DNA of 64,000 bases from a virus. Lineage: Duplodnaviria; Caudoviricetes. The notes beneath the pieces were generated by a model, which saw nothing but the letters and a program-made list of their open reading frames with translations, was not told the origin of the DNA and made no database searches. The DNA is taken from IMG/VR virus record IMGVR_UViG_3300005973_000002. One strand, 5' to 3'. The position numbers were made by a program, and so were the translations under genes. Of this stretch, positions 40,792 through 52,152 are shown piece by piece. Within the stretch, counting starts at the first letter, position 1, and each line of letters starts with the position of its first letter.

Positions 40792-40818
40792 AAAAAAGCC
40801 ACACCATATAGGTGTGGC
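40792..40818 (-). terminator. Terminator downstream of the tmRNA
   Basis: GCCACACC-TATAT-GGTGTGGC followed by six T residues on the minus strand. Confidence 0.88.
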
Positions 40819-40829
40819 CTATTATTTAT

Positions 40830-41181
40830 TGGACCCGATCGGAATTGAACCGATGTCCTCAAGATCGCCTAAAAAAACTTCTACGTTACCTAGTTTGATT
40901 TTCAGATTACCGGTCCGAGGTATCAGACAACCAACCGGGTTCTTTCATTTGAAATCTTGATCAGACAGCCAATAGAAATCTAACTCTAGTCTAATCCAGT
41001 CCTAATAACGACGCCTTATAGAATGCAAGGACACTCAAGCTATAAGACGGCTCTCATCAAGCAGCGAGAGCAAGAGGTGCATTGTCTGCATTTATAATCG
41101 TTTATTGGATTTAAGTGGTTCTAAACACCCACCGTAACGCCATTTTTTCTTCTTACCCCAAGTCGAAACCAGTACGGGCCC
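40830..41181 (-). ncRNA. ssrA: tmRNA (352 nt), tag peptide ADNAPLALAA
   Basis: 5' GGGCCCGTACTGGTTTCGAC; acceptor with G3.U70; ATAAAT then GCA GAC AAT GCA CCT CTT GCT CTC GCT GCT TGA (41057-41089); 3' GGAC-ATCGG-TTCAATT-CCGAT-CGGGTCC-A. Confidence 0.95.
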
Positions 41182-41204
41182 ATGTCAAAGAACAATACCT
41201 TGAG

Positions 41205-41233
41205 AGTATACCTAGTAAGTATTAGGTTGTAAA
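41205..41233 (-). promoter_or_regulatory. Sigma70-type promoter for the tmRNA
   Basis: TTTACA-17 nt-TATACT. Confidence 0.75.
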
Positions 41234-41286
41234 CTGCTTGACTTCTTTCTTTTTGGTGTCATTTACTTCAAAATCTTGCTAAAAAT

Positions 41287-42105
41287 TCATTTTAGCATCT
41301 TTGCCATATTAGAATAAAGCACGTGTGAATCATTGTCAGACAACCCTGATTGCTGACCATCATTGAGTTCGATAACGATCCACTCGCCGTTTTCAGTTTT
41401 TGCAATGTCGACCACAAAGAAACGAACCCTCGGGGCAATGATAGAAATAACTTTGTTTAAGAAGTCCCTTGGAACAAGATTTGCGTCTGGTTTATATCCC
41501 ACTTCTTCTTCAATGTATTCGGTGTGCGAAGACCAATAAAAAGCTCCTGAAATCACCTGCCCATCAAGCACAAAAAAGCGGTACTCTTCAGAAATAGGCA
41601 ATCCCTGAAGACCATCAGCAAGTTTCCTAAGTGGAACATACTGCCTTATATAAATTTGTTGTGCTCCCACGTGTCCATCAGCAGCAAGGCGGCCGTAGAC
41701 TTCTCCAGCCTCAAATTTGTCTTTAGCAAACATGTGTGTGCGCCAATTGAATTTCATTGAATTTGTTTGCCCTTTTAAGACAAACGGACCCTCGGTCGGA
41801 ATTTGGTCTAGATAAAACCAAGTACGTGGAGTGTATTCACCAAGGTCATAATACCAATTTCTCAAATCAGCAACATAACAATGTTGCCTATAAGTGTTGA
41901 GAAGCTTTCCACCCATACACTCAACGTCAGCTTCGAGTTCTTTATACCATGGAAGTGCCGAAAATCTTGGAATAACAAGGTTATCGTTTTTAACATGAGT
42001 TCGCTGGGTAATCACGGGAAAATACTCCTCGCAAACTTTCATTTCATGTTCTTCAGCTAAGGAAGCTCTGAATAGGACTACAGGTTTCAATTGAAATTTT
42101 CCCAA
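41287..42105 (-). CDS. ATP-grasp domain protein (R2K-like clade)
   Basis: PFVLKG...SMK, EEYRFFVLDGQVI, FFVVDIA, WIVIELNDGQQSGL. Confidence 0.78.
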   Translation of the reverse strand: MGKFQLKPVVLFRASLAEEHEMKVCEEYFPVITQRTHVKNDNLVIPRFSALPWYKELEADVECMGGKLLNTYRQHCYVADLRNWYYDLGEYTPRTWFYLDQIPTEGPFVLKGQTNSMKFNWRTHMFAKDKFEAGEVYGRLAADGHVGAQQIYIRQYVPLRKLADGLQGLPISEEYRFFVLDGQVISGAFYWSSHTEYIEEEVGYKPDANLVPRDFLNKVISIIAPRVRFFVVDIAKTENGEWIVIELNDGQQSGLSDNDSHVLYSNMAKMLK

Positions 42106-45100
42106 ACTCTAAAAAAATCTTGTTCGCACTTGAATGACTGCCAATACACTCTATCTGCAATAAGCAACATGTAATGCATGACATTGGCAAATGTATAATT
42201 CTGTTTTATAAAGTCACTTTCCACAAAATCAAATGTAATGCCTGGCTCCATGTAAACAACCATGCCGATAACTGGCTCTAGATCCCGTTCATACCATATT
42301 GACTTTGTTAAAGTCCAAGCCAAATCTATATCAGCTTTATTAGCTTGACACCCTGTAAGGATTTCTCGAAAATCATCTGGATGTGTTGTCCACACGGACA
42401 TCACATTGCGTGCTCGAAACACCTGTCCTATTTTTATTGAAGTCATTTGTCAATAATGCTGGAGAGGGGCTTCCAACAATAAAGAAACTCTATTTCGTCC
42501 AGGTATTCAAGCCAAACTACATGATGATTTAATAACGCTTGCACGCAAATATTAGCAGAATAATGAGGCAATTGACAATAATCTAAAACCAACATATTAG
42601 TTTTAGCAGGAAAATTGATAACAAACTTCCTATCGTCTGCTTCCATTACAACAAATTCATATGTTTTTTGTTTGTATTCATCGGGTCGGAAAACAATACC
42701 AGAGCCAGCTTTTACCGACTGATAAACTCCTCCTTGTTTTAACGAATCATTTTCCAACATTTATTGAAATCTTTCTTACTGAGAATTTGCCAAACTACTT
42801 TAGCACCTAGGAGCCAAATATAAACCCCTGCTCCACCAATATCAAGCAATTCTATCAACAGAACAATGGTTTCTGGTTCTATAAGAGCATGATCAACGTG
42901 TGTGATAGTTCTTTCATATCTTCCCCAGGGATCTGTCTTCATGGCTAAAGAACGACCTATTGCCTTGAAAAGCATCCCTGGTTTTAAACTTGTCACTCAT
43001 ATAAAGAGTAACAAAATATAAAATGTTCTATTTGTTGTCGTTGTCAATGCTTTGCCCTTAGTGTGTCACATTGCAAAATATACATAAAACATTGTTGCTT
43101 TATAACATATGTGAATATCAACCTTTCCACATAGTAGACCATGTAACCAATTTCATACAAATTTATTAGTTTATATTTTATACAGACTAAACTATACATA
43201 AAGCATGGCGAACTCACCTTTAAAAAAGTACGGCTACATCTGGCACAACGAAAATGGGTTTTGGACTACAAAAGTAGACGAAAAATATGAAGCTACAGCA
43301 TGGGAGTTTGGTGACAGATTTCAGTGCGTGGTTCAGGTAACCAATTTAAATGATCCAAAAAAAGAAAAAGTGAGCCTTGGATTGGAAATGAACGACAGCC
43401 TAGATAAGGCAATGAAACACTGTCTTGACTTCATTGAAACCCATCGAAACACTACACCGCCCAACGCCGAAGAAATGATTTTGAAAACACACAAAGACTG
43501 GCCTCACTTATACAAGTATAGACATCAATTATTAAATCAAATCTTTTTTGTTGGTGGAAATGATTATGATTGGTTGGATGGTAGAATTGTTAGCAATTCC
43601 CCTGAGGAAGACCATAAAACCTGGACTATGAAGCAGGAACCCATCTTTGAAGAAGAAACTAGTAAGGAACTTATTTCTTTAGTTGAAGATTTACTGAACT
43701 CCAATCCAGAAAATGAAGAAATAAAGGACTTGGCTAATAACATTTTATGTGCTGCGAAATCACAACAAGAACACATAAAAGAACAACAAACTCTAAAAAA
43801 GAAAGTTCCCTTTAAAGAAGGAAATTCATCAAGTCCAATTAATTTTTCTAACATCTCTGAATATTCGAAAATTTGGACTGTTCCAACTGATATAACAGAT
43901 GATTGGCTTGCAATTTGCGCCGAGGCTATCCTATTATTAAAGCAACGAAATTCAAACGAAAACAATGAAGGTCAAGCAGATTTACTGATCAAGCATTATG
44001 TCGCCCTGTTCGGTGAACGATTCATTCACCTTCTTAAATAATTTAAGTTTTGTGGGCAAGTAGTTTTCATAACTTTCCCATATTTCTTGTGCTATACTAG
44101 CAGACACATACCAATCTGCGCTGTCACATCGTGGAATGACATATTTTTGATGCTCCGGCATGTCTACGACTATACTACCTTTTATAAGGCGCTCTTCCCA
44201 TAAAAATTTAAACGTAATCTCAAAATACCATTGTTCGCCATGTAATGGTCTTGACAAAAATGAGTTTATGTTAGGAATTCTTCTCGAAAGTGTAGACATT
44301 CTAAAAGGCGAAACTTCCCAGTTTAAAAACAAGAGCACCGCATCCATTGAAGGAATGGTAAACAAATTCCATCTGACATGGTGCTCACTAACGGGATCGT
44401 AATTAATCCTGTATAACTTTCCAATCTCAAGCATTCATCAAACCTGTATTGACACCATCAGGATCAAGTTCAAATTCAAATCCAGTGTCAACCTTTTGGG
44501 CATAATAAACTTGCTCTCTCCAGAGAAAGGATATATTTTCTTCGTACGAAATGTTCATCTCGTAGTACAAAAGAAGAATAAATTCGCCACGTGGAATTTT
44601 TACTTTTGATGACAACCCATCAACATGAGCTTCAATTCTGGTTCTGGTTTTCCAGAGAGCCCCTCGTCTATAACATGGATTATCATCCGCCATCGCCTTC
44701 GTCCGAGAAATCATTTAATAATCTTGACTTCAACTTTTTAATAGTCTCGCCCTTTTTGAAAACAATGGCTACCATTTCTTCTTTGTGAAGGAACCGAAGA
44801 AGATGACTTCTCATATATGGATCATAAACAACATCTACAAATAGAGTAGGCTCACCCGCAGGAACGGTATAATGTTGAAAATAATGACCACGTGGCACAG
44901 CTACCACAACACCACGTTCATCCACACCAACATTATATTTGGCAAAATACATTGGCTCTTTAAACACGAACAAGGTGCCCGAACCAATGTTGTGGTCTTT
45001 TTCCATACACTGCATGATCATTTGGCAACGCTTGATATGTTTGTGCTTAATAGCCATCTATTCCTTCTCTTTAACTACACGAACATTACGCATAAAATCT

Positions 45101-46983
45101 CTAAGGAAAGAAGATTGGGTGACTGGAAAGAGCAACACTAACTCTCCATAAAGGAACTTGTGAACGAAGTGAAGGCCAGGTTGAAAAAGAATTCCCTCGT
45201 CGTCATTCATTTCCTCCATACCAAGATACAACAGAAGCTCTCCTAATTTAACTTCAATTTTTGTTACGCTTATTGAATTCAAATTATCTTCTCTGGTCCA
45301 AAAGGAATTTTTTATCGTATCTCCCATACTGTAAGGGAGGCGCTCAACTAGGACACCGGGCTCAGCATCAACTGAGCACATTCGTGCTCTTAATTCAGAA
45401 AGTAGGGATTTCTTGTTCTCCGACAACTTCAAAAATTTCCTCTAGTTTGGAGTTTGCCTCCCCATCCAAGCCATCTAATGACCAAAATAGAATTTTGTTA
45501 TGGAATAGCCACTTTAGAACTTGGTACTCCTGCTGAAGGAATTTGTGTTCAGCATCTTCAGCTGAAACTTCAACTTCGCTTGGCCCAAGAAACAATAGAA
45601 CTTCGCCAGGATTCACAGCTTCCCAACCATTTCTGCCAGAAACATATTCTTTAGTAACTGATTCATTTTCATCAGTTAGGTATTGAACAATGGCTGGCGA
45701 TGGTCCATCAACCCAGAAAATCTTCTTATTATTCGATTTCAGCTTGTGTAGCTGACCTTGCTTGAAGCCCAAGCTCTCAAGTTTTGAGTTTATTTTTTCT
45801 CTATTCATTTTACCTCGAACTCATTTTTGATTTTCCAATCACCAAAACGTGATGATGGTACAAAAAATATTTGCTCTTCTATTAGAAATTCATACCAAAA
45901 ATCCCAAAATTGGTCAACCTTTCGACGAATACCATGAGCATTTATGAACATTAAGATGGTTCCTTCAGCCAAAGGACCGTTCAACATTTCCATTGCCAAA
46001 GGCGTTGATATTTCCTCTATTTTCTCTTGAAGTTGTTCAATAGTAATACGAACATAGGGTAAAGTTGCACCATTTTTAGCAATTAAAAGACGACCTGGTG
46101 CTATACCCCTGTTGGCCAAACAATCAAGAAGGCTTTGCCTTATTTCTTCCTTAGACACCATCACAACAAGACTTTAAACCTGTCACGAAAATCCGTACTA
46201 AAGCCGTTGAAATTTGCGTTTTTATAAATGTAAAAAATTTTTTGGTCCCACAAAACCTTCAAAGTAATTGCATCATAATTTTGGTCATGCTCAACACCCA
46301 AAAACATCACAATAGAATTTTCAGGAATCTTGTGCCAATCTGGACGATATTCTTTCATGGAAATTTCAGTTCGAGCATTCATCTCAATTTCGGTTCGCAA
46401 TAACGAGCCCTCTTTGACTTTATAATGCTTTAACATTAGGGCACGGGCCCTTTTAAGTTCACGAGTAATTCGTTCTTGGTTCAGCAATTTATAACTCATA
46501 CCAATTGCTTTATTAAGCAAAATATTTTGAGGGTTGTTAGATAAAACAAAACCTTCAACAAAGTTGAAGGTTTTGCAGTATATAAAATTTATCGTTTCAC
46601 GAACAGTTTTTAGTCCTATCACTACCATAGTCCTTAGTCAAGCGGCGAGGAACTGCCTTGACAAGCTCATGGTTGTATTGTCTGTTTGTCAGGTACATAA
46701 AATAGAGCTTTTCCTCCAGGAGGAAGGACACCTTCCACATTTCTTTATCAGGGTAACGTTGAAGGTGCCGAGGAAGATTGCCAATCTTCTTCTTATCAAG
46801 AAACTCTGGATCTGCCGTCAGTAGAATCGGAACACCACGTTCTAGCTGACTTACGAAGTTACCGTATGACTTACGTTTATCATCATTAGCAGGATCGTAG
46901 AAGGGAATAGCGCCAGACCTGACGTTCTTCCGTGATAGCATAACCAGCTTTCCCTTCGTAAAGCGAGGCTTTGTATTAGACAT
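42087..46983 (-). repeat. Tandem array of about 11 divergent paralogous small beta-barrel (SH3/KOW-like) genes
   Basis: Three shared motifs: xxG-hydrophobic (KPGMLF, IGKLY, PGRLL), hP/xG-x-hhhh (IPRGEFILL, VPAGEPTLF, IPENSIVMF) and FLxxE/D-K/Q-hh (FLWEERL, FLHKEEM, FLIEEQI, FLLEEKL). One plus-strand gene interrupts the array. Confidence 0.6.
43205..44041 (+). CDS. Hypothetical protein (278 aa), plus-strand insertion
   Basis: A long open frame opposite to its neighbours, preceded by an AT-rich 200-nt intergenic region and converging on the array gene at 43982. Confidence 0.75.
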   Translation: MANSPLKKYGYIWHNENGFWTTKVDEKYEATAWEFGDRFQCVVQVTNLNDPKKEKVSLGLEMNDSLDKAMKHCLDFIETHRNTTPPNAEEMILKTHKDWPHLYKYRHQLLNQIFFVGGNDYDWLDGRIVSNSPEEDHKTWTMKQEPIFEEETSKELISLVEDLLNSNPENEEIKDLANNILCAAKSQQEHIKEQQTLKKKVPFKEGNSSSPINFSNISEYSKIWTVPTDITDDWLAICAEAILLLKQRNSNENNEGQADLLIKHYVALFGERFIHLLK

Positions 46984-47476
46984 TGCTATTCCTTGGTGGT
47001 TAGAAGATGAATCTAAACAAGCTTAGCACAGAGGCACTACGTTTTAAACCAAATAGGATTTTTCTACATTGAGAATTTACATCTATTTGTCAAAGTTGTC
47101 CCCTTTAGAATCTTTTTCAAGAAGGTTAACTTTGGACTTTTTTGCTGAACGTTTTGAGCGTTTTTTGGGTTTTGACACAGACTCCTCGTCGAGCTTGTCA
47201 GCGGTTTCAGACTTTTCTTTTGTTGACCCCTCCAGAGAATTTATCTCTTCAAGTTCCGGCTTTTTGTCAACTTTTTTTTGCTTTGTTTCCAACTCAACTT
47301 TAGCAAGATATTTCTCCGCTTCTTTGCGAAAAACATCTGTAACCAAGTGCTCTTTTTCAAGGAATTGAATAAGCTCATTGAGCTTTTTTCTTGTATTAAT
47401 ATCATGCTGTGCTAGGAAATCCGAAACTGTTCTACGTCTCTTTTTCAAAACAACATAATAATCAGGTTTTCCTACT

Positions 47477-47755
47477 TCAATTGCCATTTGGGTGATCTTT
47501 CTGGGCTAAATAAAGCACATCGGCAAGTGCTGTATGCACAGATTGGTCCTTGGCCAATGCCTTCATCTCCGCTTCAGGAATTTTTACTCCTACACGTTCA
47601 GCAGAGTAATTAAGTAGCTTTTTAATTGCAGAAATCAAAACATTACGAGCAGTAGCATGATTCATCTTATAACCATTATTGGTCATAATCTTGGCAATCG
47701 TTCGAAAATCGGTTCCTTCTTCAACGGTCACATACTTCTTTTGTTTATTTGCCAT
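47477..47755 (-). CDS. Small HTH protein resembling sigma region 4.2
   Basis: DFRTIAKIMTNNGYKMNHATARNVLISAIKKL parallels TLEEIG...SRERVRQIE..ALRKL. Confidence 0.55.
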   Translation of the reverse strand: MANKQKKYVTVEEGTDFRTIAKIMTNNGYKMNHATARNVLISAIKKLLNYSAERVGVKIPEAEMKALAKDQSVHTALADVLYLAQKDHPNGN

Positions 47756-48095
47756 ATTCCCTCAGTTTGTTTGCTTCTGTCTTTCTTTAGCTTTGGTAAG
47801 AATGCTTTCAATATTTGCTTTATAAAGCGCTGTAAACATTTTTACAGGCTTAGAAATATTAAGCTCAGGGACTGTTGACGCCCTATCATTTTCAAGTCCC
47901 CTAATTTGAAAAAGCTCAGGATAACTGCCTATTTTATGTTCACTTGTTAGGTGAAAATGTTCAGGAGCTATTGTTTCTAAATAATCTTCTATTGGAACGA
48001 TTAAACTTCCTGTTTTTATTGTTTCAGCCTTTGAATCCAATGAAGTAACATCTTTATCATTTTGGATGGTAGATAGTATTAAGTTAACGTAATTT

Positions 48096-48893
48096 TTATC
48101 CTGCTTTTTGCTCATATTTTTCACTCTCTACTAGAGAATCAACCTCTTCTTCGCCAACAACATCAAAACGTAGAAGTAAAATAAGCCTCTCTCTCTCCGA
48201 TAGAAGCTTAAGACCCTCAGAAACTATGTCAACAAGCTTTGCTTGATCGAAAAGCCTGTCAAGACTTGGCTTATTTTCTGGCAAAATATCCTTAAGCGTT
48301 CCCGAGTCTTGTTCATTCCCATTGGAAATGGGTTGTTCAATGGATGATATGTATTTTGAACGTATTGCACTTTGCACTGAGCGCATCATTTTTTCAGATA
48401 CGCTTTCGCCATTAACTTCAATGTTGTCATACCCACTCTCAATTAAACTTTGAAAGGTCTGGTTTTCTTCTTTGAGTTTTCGAATTATTTTATTATGTTG
48501 AGTTCTTACATGGCTTGGTACATGAATCATTGGCTCAATATTAATAAGATAGTTATTGACAGCTTGTCGAATCCACCAGGTCGCATAAGTTGAAAACTTG
48601 TAACCAAGCTCCACATTGAAACCATCAATAGCCGAAAGCAGTCCTATTGTTCCTTCTTGTAAGAGATCTTCACGATACTTCTTATGTTCTTTCTTTGAAG
48701 AATAATATTTGTTTACTATGTAAGTAACTAAAGCTTGATTATTGCGTGCAAGACTGTTTCTGACTTTGATAACCTTTGAATCTTTTTGATCCAAAATCTT
48801 CTTCTCTACGAGTCCTTTGAGCTTTGCGTACTCTACAAATAAATCTTTATCATTAATATGTGCTTTACTTTTACCGCTCATGGTTTCCTTCAT
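48096..48893 (-). CDS. Sigma70-family RNA polymerase sigma factor lacking the region 4.2 HTH
   Basis: [69 protein letters not shown], then an acidic tail and stop. Confidence 0.93.
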   Translation of the reverse strand: MKETMSGKSKAHINDKDLFVEYAKLKGLVEKKILDQKDSKVIKVRNSLARNNQALVTYIVNKYYSSKKEHKKYREDLLQEGTIGLLSAIDGFNVELGYKFSTYATWWIRQAVNNYLINIEPMIHVPSHVRTQHNKIIRKLKEENQTFQSLIESGYDNIEVNGESVSEKMMRSVQSAIRSKYISSIEQPISNGNEQDSGTLKDILPENKPSLDRLFDQAKLVDIVSEGLKLLSERERLILLLRFDVVGEEEVDSLVESEKYEQKAG

Positions 48894-49318
48894 TGTTTAT
48901 TTTTAATCCAAGCTAAATAAGTGCCTATGCATTTTGTTTTTGTTATCTCAAACTTGCGTCTATCAACATTTATGCCAAGTCGATTAGCCAATTTAAGACC
49001 TTCACGCCATGCGTCAAGTTCTTCCTGAAGAATTGCTAATTTATATGTTGCACTAGATCTGCTAAATCCATCAAAAATCTCGTTGTATTCAACGTCATAT
49101 CTTTTCTTTTTTAAAGTGATATAGTGACCGATCTCGTGCAATAAACAGTAAAGTGAAACTTCATCAGAATGATGATCGCCAATAACAATTCTTTTTTCAA
49201 TGAAATTGATGGAATCATGTGGCACAGGCTGGTATAAAACTGCGTACCCTTTTTGGTTGCAATACCGTTCAAGTTTTCTTAATTCAAGGAGCCAATCAAT
49301 AGATTTAAATTCGCTCAT
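48890..49318 (-). CDS. HEXXH metallopeptidase-like protein (ImmA/IrrE-like)
   Basis: LLHEIGH...ELDAWREG. Confidence 0.65.
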   Translation of the reverse strand: MSEFKSIDWLLELRKLERYCNQKGYAVLYQPVPHDSINFIEKRIVIGDHHSDEVSLYCLLHEIGHYITLKKKRYDVEYNEIFDGFSRSSATYKLAILQEELDAWREGLKLANRLGINVDRRKFEITKTKCIGTYLAWIKNKQ

Positions 49319-49388
49319 GAATTCACTCTATCTTTTACTTTTTCTTCTATAAACTACATTGTTTATCGATTAATTAAACTAAGAATCT

Positions 49389-49763
49389 TTAATTGCACTC
49401 GGCATCATATTGTCTAATAAATTGTTCCATATAACGGCGTCGCCTCTCTTCCGCAGATGGAGTTGTATTCCAATCAAAATCTGGCTCAAGAAAGCGTCGA
49501 TATATCTCAACACTCTCTCGATTATCTTCACAAAAATTCTCCAAATCTCTTTGAATAACTTGCTGCGGTTCAACCTGTCGTGGTTGTTCGCTTCCAGCTG
49601 AAGACCAGCTTGGCCCAGCATTCCAGGGAAGGTATGGTTTATCACAACCAACGCAACCCAAAGCAATCAAGAATGCAGCAAGAATTATTCCAACTTCAAC
49701 CAATAAGACTAAAGGCATTGTTAAGATTTTTTTTCTAGCTCTTTTTCTGTCAAACAATATCAT
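49389..49763 (-). CDS. Predicted lipoprotein or membrane protein
   Basis: A hydrophobic stretch ending ALGCVGC. Confidence 0.55.
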   Translation of the reverse strand: MILFDRKRARKKILTMPLVLLVEVGIILAAFLIALGCVGCDKPYLPWNAGPSWSSAGSEQPRQVEPQQVIQRDLENFCEDNRESVEIYRRFLEPDFDWNTTPSAEERRRRYMEQFIRQYDAECN

Positions 49764-49821
49764 AAATTATCCACTCTTCCAAAGAAGATAAACCAAAACA
49801 TTAACCAAATAAACCAGACAT

Positions 49822-49851
49822 AAAAAAACTGTGCTCAATGCACAGTTTTTT
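49822..49851. terminator. Bidirectional terminator-like hairpin
   Basis: ACTGTGC-5 nt-GCACAGT flanked by A and T runs. Confidence 0.8.
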
Positions 49852-49869
49852 ATAAACATGTCGTCGACA

Positions 49870-50250
49870 TTATTCAGTTTGCTCTGCTGGTTGTTCTTGA
49901 GTTTGTTGCTGTCTCATGGCAGCATTGAACTCTTCAGCAGCTTGCCTGACAGCTTCACCAACACCAACAATTGGCGGCAAGAGTTCCACGCCATCTCCTT
50001 CACGTAGACAATGGTTTTCGTAAACAGAAACTACGTTACAATACGCACCCATGGTCCTGCAAAGCGCATTTGCTTGTTGGTAAACACCAAGATTCAAGCT
50101 GCAATCTAAGGAGGCGGTGTCTCCATCAGCCATTTCTTGTCTTAGTTCATCTTGACTTGCTCTCAACTCTCTTCGCATTTCATCTTGAGATACGTGACCA
50201 CACCCGAAAGCAAAAAGAGCAAAAAATAATGTTATTAACGCATTTTTCAT
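49870..50250 (-). CDS. Predicted lipoprotein
   Basis: MKNALITLFFALFAFGC lipobox-type signal. Confidence 0.65.
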   Translation of the reverse strand: MKNALITLFFALFAFGCGHVSQDEMRRELRASQDELRQEMADGDTASLDCSLNLGVYQQANALCRTMGAYCNVVSVYENHCLREGDGVELLPPIVGVGEAVRQAAEEFNAAMRQQQTQEQPAEQTE

Positions 50251-51325
50251 TTCATTTATCCTTTGATACTAAACAACTAATAGAGTTTACTCTATCAATC
50301 TTGGTTTTGGACAATGAAATATTTGGATAGGTCGGCCTCTGTAGGTTTGAGGAAGTCTCTTAAATTGTTTTTTGCTTGAACAATACAAATACCAAATTGG
50401 ATTATTTTTATTATTGTAACCTTGACCAACTGCCCATGTGGTTCCACTGGATGCCTTTTGAGCAATGTTTAAAAGTTCTTGACAAGGAGTTGGGGGTGGA
50501 GTTGTGACTACAATCATAACATTTCCTCTATAAAGAGGCTACCACTCATCCTTTCAATCTAAACAGATTTTCTATCGACATCGTACATTGGCCCATCCTT
50601 GGATAAACGAGTTGGTTGAATCAGTTTCGACTCGCAATTGCACACTTCGACCCGATAAAATTGTTGTTTGTCCCCAATTTTCTAATAAAATTCCAGTCTG
50701 GGTTCTTCCATAAACACGGCCTTCACAGAATATACTTCTATTTCTACTATTCGTTATGATTGCTGTAACTACTGTTTCACTAATTTCCACCTCTGCTTCC
50801 GCTTGCCACCAAGCTAAAGCAATAGAAGAACTCATAAATATGATAATTGCAAACAGTACAGAAGCACCGGTCTTTAAAAGATTATTGTTCATTTCTACTA
50901 TTTACTCTTTGTCGATTCCATTTTTTCTGTATGGAACAAAATTCTTCAAAAGTTACTGGATTTGAGGCGAAAATTTTGTCATGCGGCGTCCAATCTTCCT
51001 CAGAGATTTCAAGATCGGTCCCGTCACAAAACGGATATGCATCCGAAGCAAGCAAGGTGTTGCACTTAGGACAATACCAGGGTTTTGTATCGCCCCAACA
51101 TTCCCAATCAAACTTAAGATCTTCTTCGGTTGGTTCCATTATTTTTTACTTTTCAGATAAGACCAAAAAGGTTTTCTCTTGATAATAAGGTTGTACCATC
51201 TTTGAGGAGCTTCCCAACCAGCTCTAATGGTGTTCGAAACAGCAATGGCCGGCAGTCTTGTTAAAAACAAGACGTAACCGGCCATGCTTCCCTTTCTGCG
51301 CTTTCTTCGCCTCATATGAGGCAAT

Positions 51326-51757
51326 TTAGTCGTAGGTGCGCCCAATGGTTAAATGAGACTTCCAATTGCTTGGAATACCAAACTCATCACGGATTTTCCT
51401 TACCATCGGGCAATCAACTTCAACAATCCAAAAGTAAGGCTTTTTAGCCTGACGCACTTCATGACTATAGCTGAATTCTACCTTTTGTCCGTCATACTTC
51501 TTCCACAGGTGGACCAAGTGCTTTCTAGGCTTTTCACCACGAATAATAGAAATATGCGCATCCCATGCAGGTTGCTTGAGATCAATCATATAACGACGCC
51601 AAACCCACCAGCGGTAATACCTGGTAATTTCACGATCAACTATGATGATTGCCCACCAATCCGTACGCCTCTTCATCCCTGGTCGAGGCGGGTCATACTT
51701 AATAATTCCAGTGCTGGTGTGCCACATGATACCCTCCTCACTAAATGACATTGACAC
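51326..51757 (-). CDS. 2H phosphoesterase family protein
   Basis: Two HxS/T motifs: DAHISII and SHLTIG. Confidence 0.75.
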   Translation of the reverse strand: MSMSFSEEGIMWHTSTGIIKYDPPRPGMKRRTDWWAIIIVDREITRYYRWWVWRRYMIDLKQPAWDAHISIIRGEKPRKHLVHLWKKYDGQKVEFSYSHEVRQAKKPYFWIVEVDCPMVRKIRDEFGIPSNWKSHLTIGRTYD

Positions 51758-51760
51758 TTC

Positions 51761-51789
51761 ATCTTATCATCTAAGTAAGGAAAAGTCAA
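51761..51789 (-). promoter_or_regulatory. Sigma70-type promoter upstream of the 2H gene
   Basis: TTGACT-17 nt-TAAGAT, with an extended -10 TG. Confidence 0.72.
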
Positions 51790-52102
51790 GTGCATTATGA
51801 GAAATTGCATTAATCGTTGAAAAGTGGCAGCGGAATGCCATAAGGCTGTGTCACATCTTCATCATCGGCCCAATCAAAATTATCTTCTACGTCAGCTGCT
51901 GATGGAAATTTCTTTTTCAAGAACTCTTGAACTTCTGCGGCCTGTTTTTCAGTATAATTTTCACAAGTTTCAACGTATCCACATTCAATGGATGTTGCAC
52001 CAAGGTAAATGTTTGGGTAACCACATTTTGGACATCGTTGGATTTTATCAGTCATTATTAACTCCTTTGATTAGGAGTATTACACATCCGAGCAAATGTA
52101 TT

Positions 52103-52147
52103 TGGACCTTGTTGTCGGATTCGAACCTGTGACCCCCTGATCCCAAA
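52103..52147 (-). pseudogene. 3'-half remnant of a tRNA-Pro(TGG)-like gene
   Basis: TTTGGGA-TCAGG-GGGTC-ACAGG-TTCGAAT-CCGAC...; there is no 5' half and the T-stem strands do not match. Confidence 0.65.
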
Positions 52148-52152
52148 TTTAG

